Assembly: GCA_036867785.1 (NCBI GenBank) | Contig: CP145417.1 | Span: 434,001-498,000 of the forward strand | Direction of reading: 5' to 3' | Origin: Plasmodiophora brassicae | Lineage: Eukaryota | DNA length: 64,000 bases | Shown: in pieces, positions 48,535 through 60,254 of the stretch | Position numbering within the stretch: position 1 is the first letter of the stretch | Layout: every line of letters starts with the position of its first letter | Translations under genes and position numbers: made by a program | Notes under the pieces: model-generated | What the model was told of the DNA's origin: nothing | The model's input: the letters and a program-made list of their open reading frames with translations, nothing else | The model's database searches: none

Positions 48535-48934
48535 TCAGAATCCCATTCGTGTCAGGAGATCGACGAACTCTTCCCGATAGTTGCCTTGAATTTGCAGGTC
48601 GTGCGTGTTGGATTCGGGTCGCCAAGTCGACGAGACCGCAATATTACCGAACTCGTCCTTCAGCAAGCCCTCGAACGTCGCGACGTCACCCTGGACGGCG
48701 CGCACGATCGTCACATACTTCCCGATGATGCGATCGACGCGCGATGTCGTCTCCAGGTAGACCGGCAGGAACCCGAGCGGCGTCCTCTGGACCTACAAAC
48801 AGGCAGGCCGGCCATCAGACACCCGCCATCGCCGGCAACCCGGATGATGGACCCCATACGTGGAACGGCCTGGTCGACAGGGCGGCCGCTGATGTGGAGA
48901 ATGCCGCTCGCGACGCTCGCAGGGCATGCAGCAT
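48535..48934 (-). CDS. MRPL49: Mitochondrial ribosomal protein mL49 (Img2), copy B (absent from the ORF track)
   Basis: Exons 48934-48860 and 48792-48535: MLHALRASRAAFSTSAAALSTRPFH|VQRTPLGFLPVYLE..TIVRAVQGD..LQIQGNYREEFVDLLTRMGF*. Confidence 0.88.
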
Positions 48935-49352
48935 CGCTGATGATAGCGCGCCCCGGAGTGCGCCGCTGGCGCTGTGCATCGCCGCTGTCGGCCCTGGCCC
49001 CTGGCGCCGCACACCGCACTGCCGCCGCAGGCTGCACCTGTTGCAGCACCAGTGCACCACCCCGTCCCATACGGGACATGCGCGTGCTTGCGGATCCGCA
49101 GCTCCCCAGCACGTATAATATGCAAGCGTATGCCCACTTGGATCTGGTGGGTGCCCTGTCCCACTGCTTCCTCGGTATCCACCAAGTCGTCTTAGCTGGC
49201 AGACTTGGGAGTTCGCTGTGCCTGTGCCGCTATCTGCGTTTACAGCTTGCACGCCCCTCACACTGTGCATGCCCCATGCTGGGTGTTCGGCGGCTTCTTC
49301 TGCGCCCCCAGCGCACTCACGACTGCGTTCCCTCTTGTTTAGCATTGAATGT

Positions 49353-50124
49353 TCGCCCGGGCACGTCTCACTGACAGTGTACCCGGCGTTCTTCTTGGAT
49401 TTGTTGGAGCGTTTCTCTTTGGTTCTCTCGAAAAGCCGTATTCTTCTGCTCTTCGCTGGCCTTCGGGCATTCTTTGAGCGTGTACCTATGGACCATTGCA
49501 GAACCAGCACTTCGGCGTGCATTCGGCGCCATCCCGCTTTTGCCTCTTGGGGTTGGCGGGGGCGCTGGCTGGTCACGAGTACTAGCAACAGGTCAGCAAG
49601 CAGTCGCGGGACCGCAAGGTCCCCAGTTCGAGGCACGAACTCCCCCAAAAAAAAGTCCCGGTGACCAACAGCCGTAAATGTTGAAGGGGTGTTTACTGAT
49701 CAGGCAGCCCAAAGTGCCAGAGCAATTAGGGGTCTCGCTTGAGCGTCTGGGAGGTAAAGGAACGGCCCGTAACAAGTGTATGTCGGCTCCCCGGCATAGG
49801 CGGTATGGCGAAAGAGGTCCGACAAGAGTGCAGTCGACAAGTCCGAGCGAATCACGTCCCGTTCCGATATCGTCCAAGGCGCGATGAACCCAGTACAAAG
49901 GTGACGGGCCGGCACTGCCAGGCCGGGGGATGTTGGCGTTCTGCTGCTGATCCTTCGATCCTCGGACTCGAGACCGAGGCGCCTGCGTGAAAAGAAAAAG
50001 CGCGAAAAACAAATAAAACAAAACCAAACCATCTTGGGGTTGGCGGTTTAAGGCTTTCGAGAAAACCAAAGAGAAACGCTCCAGTGAATGCCGGGTACAA
50101 TGTCAGTGAGACGTGCACGGGTGA
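49353..50124. mobile_element. Non-coding element bounded by imperfect 70-85 bp terminal inverted repeats (MITE-like)
   Basis: 49353-49437 (GCACGTCTCACTGACA..TGGAGCGTTTCTCTTTGGTT) is the reverse complement of 50052-50124; no clear TSD. Confidence 0.65.
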
Positions 50125-51007
50125 GAAACCTCCTACAGGGCGAGACGTTCAAGGTGAAAGTGCTGCTTCACGGCATGTGGCCAGAAGAACTTCGGGAGGC
50201 CGTCACCGAGATTACAGGGTCCACAGTTGCGGAAAGGGCTCCCGCCAACTTCTCCAGCTCGTGGGATAGAAGGGCATCATGTTCGACTTGGGAGCTGCTG
50301 CACGAATGATACGCACACACGAACCGACTGCGATGTAGTATCGGTGTAGTCTCCCGAACAATAACGGCGGCGACCGACGCCCTCGTCAAGCCCTCGCCAT
50401 GGGATCGACCACACTCCTCGTGGGCGCGTGGCATTCAGGCAATTATATCAGGGCCGGGTAACCCAGATCGGCACCGTCCCATCACACAGGCACTACTACG
50501 AGAGGGCGGCCGCGAAGCAGGCGAAGAGGAAGAAGCAATCCGCGCTCGTCAAATGGTGCCGACAGTACAAACTCTACCTGGAAGGGGATGAGCGAGTCGG
50601 GACTCCATGACGTGGACGCAAGGGTGCGCATCATGGTGGACGAGCACCTGTTGGCGGCCCTGCTGTCTGCGGCGTACCGCCTGTCGAGGCCAGTTGAAGG
50701 TCTGCCCGGTATACGCCATTCAAGAGAGCGGGTGCCACGCTTCAGCGTCGAACGTTGCCGCCGGGCGGTGGTCGATGCCGGCGCCGACGTTGACCGCCTA
50801 TGTACCGAAGACGGGTGGCCAGTCACAGTGCATACGCCTTGATTTCCTCAAGACGAGGGGAGGAGGTTCAGGCGCCTGGACATGGAGTCGGGCTCTCCTG
50901 CACATCACGCTGACAGGCTATTCGCGTCCCTGCCCGTAATCAGCGCCCTTCGCTGCTGTAACCATCATGCACACTGATGCACCTGCAGGCCGAGCCGACA
51001 TGTCAGA

Positions 51008-51666
51008 TGGCGGTAGCGTCCGCGTTGTCAGAGCGGATTCTGCAGAACGCCCTAGCGGTTGCCAACAACCGCGTTGAGACGCTGCGCAACCGGTGCCGAC
51101 GCCAGCGGAGCGACATCGACGACCTGCAGAGCCGGGTGCACCGCCTGGAACGCGAAAACGAGGCGTTACGCAGGCAGACCGCCGACCTGAACGTCGCCGT
51201 CGCTCATTTCCGCGATGAGATCCTGCCGCGAGTTCAGACGGTCCCCACAGGGGAAACAGCTCGACCTGTCGGTCATGACCGGCCCCTGTCACATAAGTCC
51301 CACAAGTCAGTCGTTTGCGGTTTGCTCGATTGTTCGCTAACGTCGGATGGTGTCAGAGACCCAGCGCTGGACGTGGCCGCGATACTCGACGAAATCGATC
51401 GTGCGATGGCGAAGCCCGTCGTACCGCCGGGGAGTGCCACGTCGCGCCAGAAGCATGACGACGCCAGCAGGCTGTTCTTCCAGATCCGCAAGGCGTTACC
51501 GCCGGCGGCGTTCTCCGAATTCCTACGAGTCGTCTCGGCCCTGCCCGCGCCCCGCACCGGGGAGCGCCCCTCCAGCGACGTCGTCGACCGCGTCCGCCCG
51601 CTCCTCGCCCAGCACGACCCCGACCTGTTCGACCGGTTCCGCCGGCTCGTTCTAAACGCCAACTAA
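51008..51666 (+). CDS. Coiled-coil protein with C-terminal PAH/harmonin-N-like helical domain
   Basis: Heptad pattern LQSRVHRLERENEALR; FFQIRKALPPAAFSEFL...DLFDRFRRLV; probable in-frame intron near 51307-51357. Confidence 0.65.
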
Positions 51667-51830
51667 TTGCAACTGAACACGGCCCGAGTCGATATTGTAT
51701 TTGCGACGGGAACGCCACCCAGTGTTGGTTGAGTCCGCATCAGCGGCGGCGGCGGCGGCTGCCCCGTCAGTGCGTCGCACTCCGAATCCGATTGTCGTCG
51801 TTGTCGTCGTTGTCGTTGCTGTCGGGAACC

Positions 51831-52466
51831 ATGGGCGCTCTTGGCAAGGCGTTCGGATTGCTGCTGGTGATTGGTGTCGGCGCGTACGTGTACCTGCAGT
51901 ACACTGGGTTGGCCGGTGTCGTGTCGGTCACGAAGCAGGCAGCGGCGAAGGCGACCGGGAAGAAGGGTGGCGAGGCGGAAGTGGCGCCGCTGGGCATCAA
52001 ATGGGATTCGTCGCACGAGTCGGTGAAGAAGGCGAAAGGCGAACCGACGCTGCTGTATCGTGTGCTGAAGAGCGGGCCGACATCGGGGCCGCAGCCGAAG
52101 GCGACGGATGAGGTGTCGTGCCATTACAAGGGAATTCTGGCGCCGAAGAGCAGCAAGTCGAAGGACAAGGAGACGGAATTCGACTCGTCGTACAAGCGCG
52201 GGCAGCCTCTGTCGTTCCGCCTGACGGGCGTCATCAAAGGGTGGACCAAGATCCTGCAGGAGATGCACGTGGGCGACAAGTGGGAAGTGTACATTCCATC
52301 CAATCTCGCGTACGGTGCATCCGGTGCAGGAGGTATTTGCTGTCCCATTGTGTCCTACGACGTCGAATGCTGACCCAGGGGGATCGTAGGCGTCATCCCA
52401 CCCAACGCGGACCTGATCTTCATCATTGAGCTCAAGGGCATCAAGGGCCAGAAGACCGAGCTGTGA
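51831..52466 (+). CDS. FKBP-type peptidyl-prolyl isomerase, ER-type
   Basis: HYKG, EFDSSYKRGQP, VIKGW, YIPSNLAYG; intron 52333-52389 then VIPPNADLIFIIEL; ends KTEL; N-terminal hydrophobic anchor. Confidence 0.93.
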
Positions 52467-52607
52467 TAGGTGCGACCTCGGCCGAATACAGAATCGGGTG
52501 GCGGGTGCCCGTTTCTTCTGCAATGTAACTCGTCGATCGACGACAACGATACGTCCTACACTGTCCTTGTTCTATTTTGGTGTTCGATCGGTTGGCTCGC
52601 CATCGTC

Positions 52608-52886
52608 ATGGCGGTTGGCAGGGACGAGTTGCGATCGCGGATGCGCCCGTACCTGGAGCGAAGGAAGAAAGAGCTCGACGACGCGCTTCTGCGTGCGGAC
52701 CAGAGCGCGCCGCCGCCAGTGCTGTCCCTGCGTACCGTGCTGGACCTGATCGTCGTCGCGATCCTCCTCGCCGGCATCTGCGCCACGCTCTACGTCGAAT
52801 ACGACGTCAATGTCTTCCGGTATATATTCGGCGTCGTCGTCGACGCTCTCGACCCTCGACTTGTGGTCAAACCTCCTGCTCAGTAA
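52608..52886 (+). CDS. Small single-pass membrane protein
   Basis: 92 aa ORF with host-like codon use and TM segment VLDLIVVAILLAGICATLYV. Confidence 0.55.
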   Translation: MAVGRDELRSRMRPYLERRKKELDDALLRADQSAPPPVLSLRTVLDLIVVAILLAGICATLYVEYDVNVFRYIFGVVVDALDPRLVVKPPAQ

Positions 52887-53017
52887 ACCGTCCGCTGCCG
52901 AACGGTCACATCATCGGATGGATGGCGGTGGGGGGGGCCAAGGCGTCGATAGCCAGACAATCGCGGACAGACGTCTATTCGCTTATGATGTATTGTTTGG
53001 CGCACCTAGTCGATGCA

Positions 53018-54074
53018 TTATAATTCATCGCGTTCAGCAGACAGCTCCGTGATCTGTGCGTCGGTGAGGGACAGCACTCTGAGATTGTCGACAATCCCGT
53101 CGACGTCCTCTTGGTCGCACGCGCAGGGTGTCGCGAAGTGCATCACGTAGACGCATGTGCTCGGTTCTGACACGTCCAGCAGCTCGTTGGTCTGCCCACA
53201 CGAAACGGATACCTGCGACAACGGTTCAGGCGCGGGCCCTGCAGGTGATATACGTTCAAATACACGTACGCGAGTGGATCTCTCAGGCCCGTTCCAGCAC
53301 CGCTGGCCTTGCTCGAAGAGCCAATCCCCGGATTGATCGTCCCACCTTTTGAAGCGCCTGTTCAGGGAATCAACAGTCAGTATGCAATCGTTACGCGTGA
53401 GCGCCACGCCAGCGGTACCCGAGAGACGTGTCACTGCCACCACTGCTTTGGGTCACCGACTTGAACGGGCATAACGTGTACGTGTACTGGTCGACGGACA
53501 GGGTGAAGCATTTATCTTGCAGAACACGAAACGCGTCGTCTTTGCCGAAGTCCATGTTGAGCATCTGCTCAATGGTCTTCCGCTCTTTATCCAGAGCCAG
53601 GAGCGCGTTCTCGGCATCCTGGTGGACCCGCCGGGCTTCATTGGCAGCTAACACGCCACGACATCGAGTCAGGGACCAATGACGACATTAACGCCATCCC
53701 AACATGCCTGCGCGCGCGTTCTTCCGGGTGGGACGAAACGGCTCCCACCCGGAGAAAACGCCCAGTACAGCGTCGCGAAGCCTACCTAGGATAGTCGGCG
53801 ACGTCTCCGTTGCTGGTTCAGGCGCAACGGGCTCGGACTCATCGACATCCTCATCGTAATCCTCGGCGTATTCCTGCTGCTCATCATCACCACGCGAGTC
53901 CTGCTGCTCATCTTCGCCGTGGAACGCGTACTGTTCTGGATAAGGGAACGCTTTGGACGGCGTCGCACCTTCCGCTACTTCCGGAGGTTGATCGTCAGCT
54001 GAAGGCCCAGCCGCATCGTCCGCAGGAACGGTTGCCGGTGATGTCATAGACTCAGATACCTCCGCATCGGCTTC

Positions 54075-54105
<31 letters not shown>

Positions 54106-54761
54106 CTCTCTGCCTCCTCATTCGCCCGTCGTTTCGCTTGCTCCGCCTCGTCGATCTGTCGCTGCCGCTCCTTTTCAGCGGCCTCTTCGACTTCGGCGGC
54201 ATCCTTCTTCGACTTCAAATCATTGACCTCAATCTGCTTCGCGTCGGCCTGCCTCTTCAGCTCCTCAAGGCGGGCAACTTGTGACGCCCGGAGCGCGTGA
54301 CCCTCTTTGACGGCCGCATCACGCTGGCGAAGGCCGACGATCACCGATTTGTACCGCGACTTCAACTCGGCCACCATGGAGGCGCCTCGTTCCGCGCAGG
54401 CCATTGGGCAGGTGACGTGCCCGGCGTATTCATCCGATCCGTCACAGCAATCGCAGACGCCGTCGTTCACGCGCGACGACGGCAACACGCTGGGGACGTA
54501 CCCGACGTTCCGGCAATAGAACTGCCCATCAGAGCACGCCGACGTCCCAGGTTCGTCCAGCGCCGATATCGGGCAATCGCAGTAGTCGTCGTTGATTCGG
54601 GCGCGCGGCACCGTCACGCCGTCCGCCTCGCAGTGCAGCTCGCCCGCCTCGTACCGATGCCGCTCGGACGGTACCGCACCGAACCATGGATCCAGCGGCG
54701 ACCCAGCGACCGCCGCCGCTGCCAGCAGCCCCCAGGCGACGACCCAGTGCGGCAGCGGCAT
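53018..54761 (-). CDS. PRKCSH: Glucosidase II beta subunit
   Basis: INDDYCDC..DEPGTSAC, VNDGVCDCCDGSDE, coiled coil, MRH domain (YTYTLCPF, CWNGPERS, EPSTCVY), C-terminal RDEL. Confidence 0.95.
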
Positions 54762-54924
54762 CACTAACGACCGCGCCGCGCCAATGCGGATCAAGTGTAA
54801 CGCAGCCGGCACCGCAAATATGGGCAGGACCGAGCTGACCCCAGCAGGGGGAGGACGAAGCGCACGCGGCGCCATGGGAAGGAACAAGGCTTTACTGAGT
54901 CGTGCGGCAAACAGCACGGGGACC

Positions 54925-56122
54925 TCAGTAGACGGGGCTCATCTGCAACGGGTTCCGCCGGTACGACGATGCGCCCGGGGCGAACTGCGTCGGCGACATG
55001 CTGCTGGCGCCGAGCAGTGGCAGCTGATGCGTTCCTGGTGGTTGCTGCCGCTGCTGCGGCTGCTGCTGCTGCTGGCGGGAGAACGGCATGTACGGGCGCG
55101 GGTTCCGGAAGTACGCTGAGCGGGCTGCTGGGTAGGTCTGCTGTAGCGCGCCTTGACCCGTGTAGTAGTTCCCCTGCGGTTGTCGGTCGGGGAACAGAGG
55201 CTGTTGTTGGTAGGGCGAGCGGTCGTACGACGCTGGCGCCTGCTGGTATAATGAGCCGTCGCTAGCTGATGGCGCCTGCGCCTGGAAGATTGGTGCCGCC
55301 TGCGATGGCTCAGTGGCGAAGTACGATGGCGCCTGAGTCGTCTGCGTCAGTGCGTCCTGCTGCTGAGGCAGGTCATCGGACGTCTGATCAGAATTATCGG
55401 GAGGTTGACCCTGGGGGTCTTGTTCGCCGGCCGATGGATCACCGCTATCACCTGCTTGACCCTGGTCCTGAGACGGCGCTGAGCTCGCTGGCTGATCGTC
55501 CGGCGCTGATGACGTGTCGAAACCCTGTTGACCGGCAGGACTATCGGATGGACTGGACGTGCTGTTACTGCTCTCTGGCGCCGCCGCTGGGCCGCCTGCC
55601 GGATCCAGAACCTTGGACAGGATCTGGATAACGCCGTAGTCGAAATAGTGATCTCCGTCGACAATGTTCGCGTCATTGACGGCGACGACCGTCAACCCCA
55701 GCACGCTTATGGGATTCGTCGACACTTCGTTGCCATCGTCCATGGTCGGGAACGTCCCGTTCAGGGCGGACATTGCGTGCTTGCCGTGGATGATGTGATA
55801 ACGCATCAGCTTGGCCTAAGGCACAGTGTTAAAGCGCGCCACATGCAACGGCAAGTGCTCTGACCAGGTCCGTTGCGTTCGTCGGCAGAGTTGCATTGGC
55901 GAAGGCTTCGTCGTTCGGTGCCAGGACTGTGTATTCGCCAGGAAGGTACAGATCCGTGAGGACGCCGGAAGCGTTCAACGTCGAGATGAACGATTTGATC
56001 TCGGTGGTCCCCATGGCAACCGTCACGAAGTCATTGCCTTGCGACGACTGGTTACTGTCAGAAGACTGGACTCCTGCTGCCAGCACCAGCAACATCGTCG
56101 TGATCATCGCAACGCACGTCAT
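54925..56122 (-). CDS. Secreted fasciclin (FAS1) domain protein with low-complexity Q/P/S tail
   Basis: Signal peptide, YTVLAPNDEAF (H1), RYHII, GVIQILSKVL (H2); one intron. Confidence 0.87.
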
Positions 56123-56267
56123 GTCATCAATGGCGCGACCGGAATGGTTCCGCGTTCCGACCGAACCGCAACGGAACACCTGGCTACATGAGGCCCGACT
56201 GAACACAAATAGCGCCCTCATGGTATTCACGCAAAGGACTATCCTAGTATGTACATATATGGTACCC

Positions 56268-57038
56268 TCAGAACTGGAATTTCGTATGGTGCTGCCTGAA
56301 CTTCAGCTCCTGGTTAGCAATCCAGATGAGGACGGCGCTGAGGCCCGCCGAGAAGAAACACCATGTGCTGGCGAAGGCGGCGCTCCACAATGCAAACGCA
56401 ACGGACAGCGAGACAGCGACCATGACGGCGAACTTGCCGGTGTGGGCGACGCTGGACACGAGCAAGGCGCCGTGGACTGCAACGACATACAACATGAAGG
56501 CGGTGTACCTTGCGACGTCCGGGCCGTCGAACATGAGCCTCGGGAAATGCACATCGTACGCGATGCGCCAGTCAGACAGATACGCCTTGACGGGGTCGCT
56601 TTCGATCAGGGCAGCCGCGCAGTACAAGGCCACGACCGAGCCGATGATGAAGATAGCGACCTGAAGCGCCCGACGCCAGGGCGAGGTCGTCTTGTGGCTG
56701 TCGAGAAACCATGTCCAGCCCCATTGCGGCCTGGGCGACGACGTCTGAGGTCGCGTCAACTCGAGCAGGAGCATGGAGAAGGGGACAAAGAACGGCCAGA
56801 ACGGGAACGCGAAGAACGTGAAACAGCGGATCGCGTCCTGGTTCGCCAGGTTGCTTTGCCATACGAATCCTTCCGCGATCTGCTGTGCGCCGAACCCGAT
56901 TGGAATCGATGCGAATGGCAGGACGGCGAGTTTCTGTCGCAGACTGACAGAAGCGACTAAGGTTTGGAGAACGTTAACCAGGCCCAGGGCGAGGAGGCAC
57001 GCGCCTAAGGTCATGCTCGCCGCCTCTGAGAAGCACAT
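56268..57038 (-). CDS. Multi-pass membrane protein of bacterial DUF6629-like type
   Basis: MCFSEAAS start, PFASIP..F..QQIAEGFVW and FASTWCFFSA match this family from recall; intronless. Confidence 0.75.
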   Translation of the reverse strand: MCFSEAASMTLGACLLALGLVNVLQTLVASVSLRQKLAVLPFASIPIGFGAQQIAEGFVWQSNLANQDAIRCFTFFAFPFWPFFVPFSMLLLELTRPQTSSPRPQWGWTWFLDSHKTTSPWRRALQVAIFIIGSVVALYCAAALIESDPVKAYLSDWRIAYDVHFPRLMFDGPDVARYTAFMLYVVAVHGALLVSSVAHTGKFAVMVAVSLSVAFALWSAAFASTWCFFSAGLSAVLIWIANQELKFRQHHTKFQF

Positions 57039-58577
57039 GGTGTCGAAGAATCCGCCAGCGCTATGCTGCTGAAATGCAGGTTTGATGGTGCACGCCCTGT
57101 TAATAGACTAGGCGGACGGCAACGCGTGAGTCATCAACGGTTGCACGCGCTGGCCACAACAGATTAATCGTAGTGATTACAACGATCAGTCGTCGCTGCA
57201 CGCTGTGATGCCGGGACTCAAAGCGCGGTAGCCGTGCATGCATGACGGTTGAGGCACCGGTACAGCCAAACCGGACCAGGCATTCAAGCGCCACTGGACC
57301 CTTTACGACGATGGCTGTTACGCTCGTCACGTGTGGACCAACCGTGGGTCCATGTGGTGCACTTCCTGTATTAGCTCGCTGACGCCTGTGTACGTTCGCG
57401 TGCCATCCACCCCACACGTCCTGTATGTACATTCCCTGAGGACACTCCACAAGGTCGCAACAAGGTCGTAGTCAACGATGGCAAGGCGGTGGTCTCCAAC
57501 TCGATGGCAGGGAGTCGGTCGCCAGGTCTGCACTGCTCATAGATTAACCAGGCAGCACCATTTGCACTAGCTGACGCATGATCAGCAACGTCGTCTTCGA
57601 ACAAACCTCCCAGACGAGCTTCCGCAGACTGTAAGTCATATATGCTTTCGTCAGGGGGCGATCAGACGAACCTATCCTGCTTCTATGTGTCTCGGTGTTC
57701 GCCCTGAAGGGTCGAGGAAACGCATTCATTCAGATATTCGTCTATCGTGCCGCAAACCAACTATAGGATAAGCCCCAGACTTCATCGGCCTGGTCCTCAG
57801 ACGGGCGTAGGTCTGGGCGAGCCTGCCCGCATCCCTGTTAGGTGCTTCATCTCATTGAATTCCACAGGCTGCACAACGTATACCGCGGTGGCTCCTGCAG
57901 GCTGTGGTCACGTACCGAGAACGAATTCACTGCCATGGCACTGTCGTCGGGCGCCATCGACGACTTGTGGCAATCGCCGAGGATAGAGGGGAGCTGCCCC
58001 GGCTCAGTGGCCTAGATGGTCTGCAAGCAGCCGTGGGATCAGGCGTCGACATAGCAGGTCGGCGCCGGAATAAAGTCGTCGGTCAACGCGTCGTGTATAG
58101 TCGTGACAGGTTGACCGACCTTCTCAACGGCACACACGCGATGACGCCCCGAGACCCTCGAGAGACGCGCCCCGAGACGCGCCCCGGGAACCCCGAGACC
58201 CCGGTGAATGCGGTGCTTGACCAATCGACGCTGACGCGCACAATCGCTGCGGCTGTGGCGGAGGTGCTCCAGGCGCAACGCGCTGAGATTGACGCCATGC
58301 TTCGGCAGCAGCGCGAGCAGATCCTATCGGAGGTCGCCGCCCGCCAGCCAGTCGTGACGAAGACAGACGCCGCGATCATCGCGCCAGACGGGCGATCACC
58401 GGCGCCCCCGTCGACATCGTACACCACGCCAATCCGCCTGCTATCCTTCACAAGGTGACGAATCGGTAGACCCGATGTCCTCCTCGACGTGGTTTCGAGG
58501 AGTTCTGTCGGTTCGCCGATGCGGATCCGACGTCACCGGCTCCGCTGTCGAACGCGGCGAAGAATTTGCTGGCGTCG

Positions 58578-58985
58578 TACAAAACTTCGAAGAGGCCTTC
58601 ACGTGTCAGTCGTGGAGAAGAGCGACATGATCCTTTCAAGTGATGGCGGGCCGCAGATGGTCATTGCAGCAGGAGGCGATCCTGTTGCAAGGACGCTGAC
58701 AGCATGCGTCCTGCTCCGCGATCGTCATCAAGGTGGCCCTCTTCACTATGGTTCTCTGGTGACGATAGCAGAGACGGACGCGGAGGGTGTCACGACTTCG
58801 TCACCAGAGAGCCATAGTGAAGAGGGCCACCTTGATGACGATCGCGGAGCAGGACGCATGCTGTCAGCGTCCTTGCAACAGGATCGCCTCCTGCTGCAAT
58901 GTCCATCTGCGTCCCACCATCACTTGAAAGGATCATGTCGCTTTTCTCCACGACTGACACGTGATGGCCTCTTCGAAGTTTTGTA
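58578..58985. repeat. Long inverted repeat, 188-bp arms, 32-nt spacer
   Basis: 58578-58765 is the reverse complement of 58798-58985 with few mismatches. Confidence 0.95.
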
Positions 58986-59216
58986 TAACAGACTGATCGT
59001 GAACGACGTCGACGTTCCCGAACTGTTGACTGCGGCCTCTGTTTGTGCGCTCAAGAACTCCCCAAGTGACCGGCTGGAGCTCATGAACAGCTCACGGGCG
59101 ATGAGGCCACCGTCCGTCTTCCAGAACTTCCGGGTTCCACGCATCGGTGACCCGACCAAATCCAAGATCTGGTCGTAGGGGACGCCTAGCGCCTTTAGTT
59201 CATGGTTGATGTCGCA

Positions 59217-59506
59217 TGGCCGCTGGTCGGCGCGGTGGTTCTGACAGTGGCGATTATGGGGTTCCTGGAAGCGCGCAACACAAGCCTTGAAAGCGATTAG
59301 GCAGACAAGGACTCCTAGGATGACGCCGGATGCGACTTTGGTTGTTGTCTTATCGACCATGTTGCGCGCATCCAGGAACCCCAGAATCGCCATCCGGCGT
59401 CATCCTAGGAGTCCTTGTCTGCCTAATCGCTTTCAAGGCTTGTGTTGCGCGCTTCCAGGAACCCCAGAATCGCCACTGTCAGAACCACCGCGCCGACCAG
59501 CGGCCA
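59217..59506. repeat. Long inverted repeat, 116-bp arms, 58-nt spacer
   Basis: 59217-59332 vs 59391-59506, one mismatch seen; spacer holds a partial third copy. Confidence 0.95.
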
Positions 59507-60182
59507 GCACACCTGATCATCGGCTGTCATCCTGTTGTTATCGGACCATACTGACGTTCGGAAGTACGTGTTCGTAACAGGTTCTCCAGAACCGCAAACG
59601 GCGTGTCGGCAGCGGCAGCAGGTACCGGTCCCCCCTCCCCCCGACGGCTCCATCCTAACCCAACTAGTACAAATTGCGACTGACAGTCTCCAGTGCCGGA
59701 CGTCGTCTGATGTAGAGAAACGTGGCGGGGTTCCTTTACCGCTTGGCCCTTTCGACCATGTCCTTGCGCGCTATGCCATTCAAAGGCCCTGCTCGCCCTG
59801 TCGCCAGTCTGGCTGTTGATTGCGTTCCAGCCGTCGCTGCATCGTGTCCGCGCCCAACTCTGTCCCAACGCGGCGCACGCTTGCGGGGGAGGCCGGCATC
59901 GAAATGATAGCATACAACCGAGCAATTAAAGCCTTGAGCGCGGAAGCGTTGCGTGCGTCGTGGCAGACGTATCGCCAGACCGCACCAGATGAAGGTACGG
60001 GTCCGATATGCGGCCTGTTTCAGTACCTTACAGTCTGAATTCTATCAGGCGGCTTGTTGACAGTTTTGAACAGAAATTTGGCCTCGATTGGTCCCAACCG
60101 TTCCTCAGATGTTCGTCACTATCGGCGGGATCGTGATCGCGACACTTATCGCCAAGAAACCGGCCTTTTAGGAAACATCAAG

Positions 60183-60254
60183 TTGTAGACCGGACCGCCC
60201 ACTAGGCCACGAGAGCAGCTGCTTTCGTGGCCTAGTGGGCGGTCCGGTCTACAA
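60183..60254. repeat. 72-bp loopless palindrome
   Basis: TTGTAGACCGGACCGCCCACTAGGCCACGAGAGCAG|CTGCTTTCGTGGCCTAGTGGGCGGTCCGGTCTACAA; one G/T mismatch. Confidence 0.95.

Noticed and set aside
48496-49374. 292-aa plus-strand ORF
   Set aside because: Antisense to mL49 copy B, which explains the coding signal
50600-50845. VVDAGADVD ankyrin-like peptide
   Set aside because: Single short match with no second repeat or gene model
55896-56960. 354-aa plus-strand ORF
   Set aside because: Antisense to the fasciclin and DUF6629-like genes
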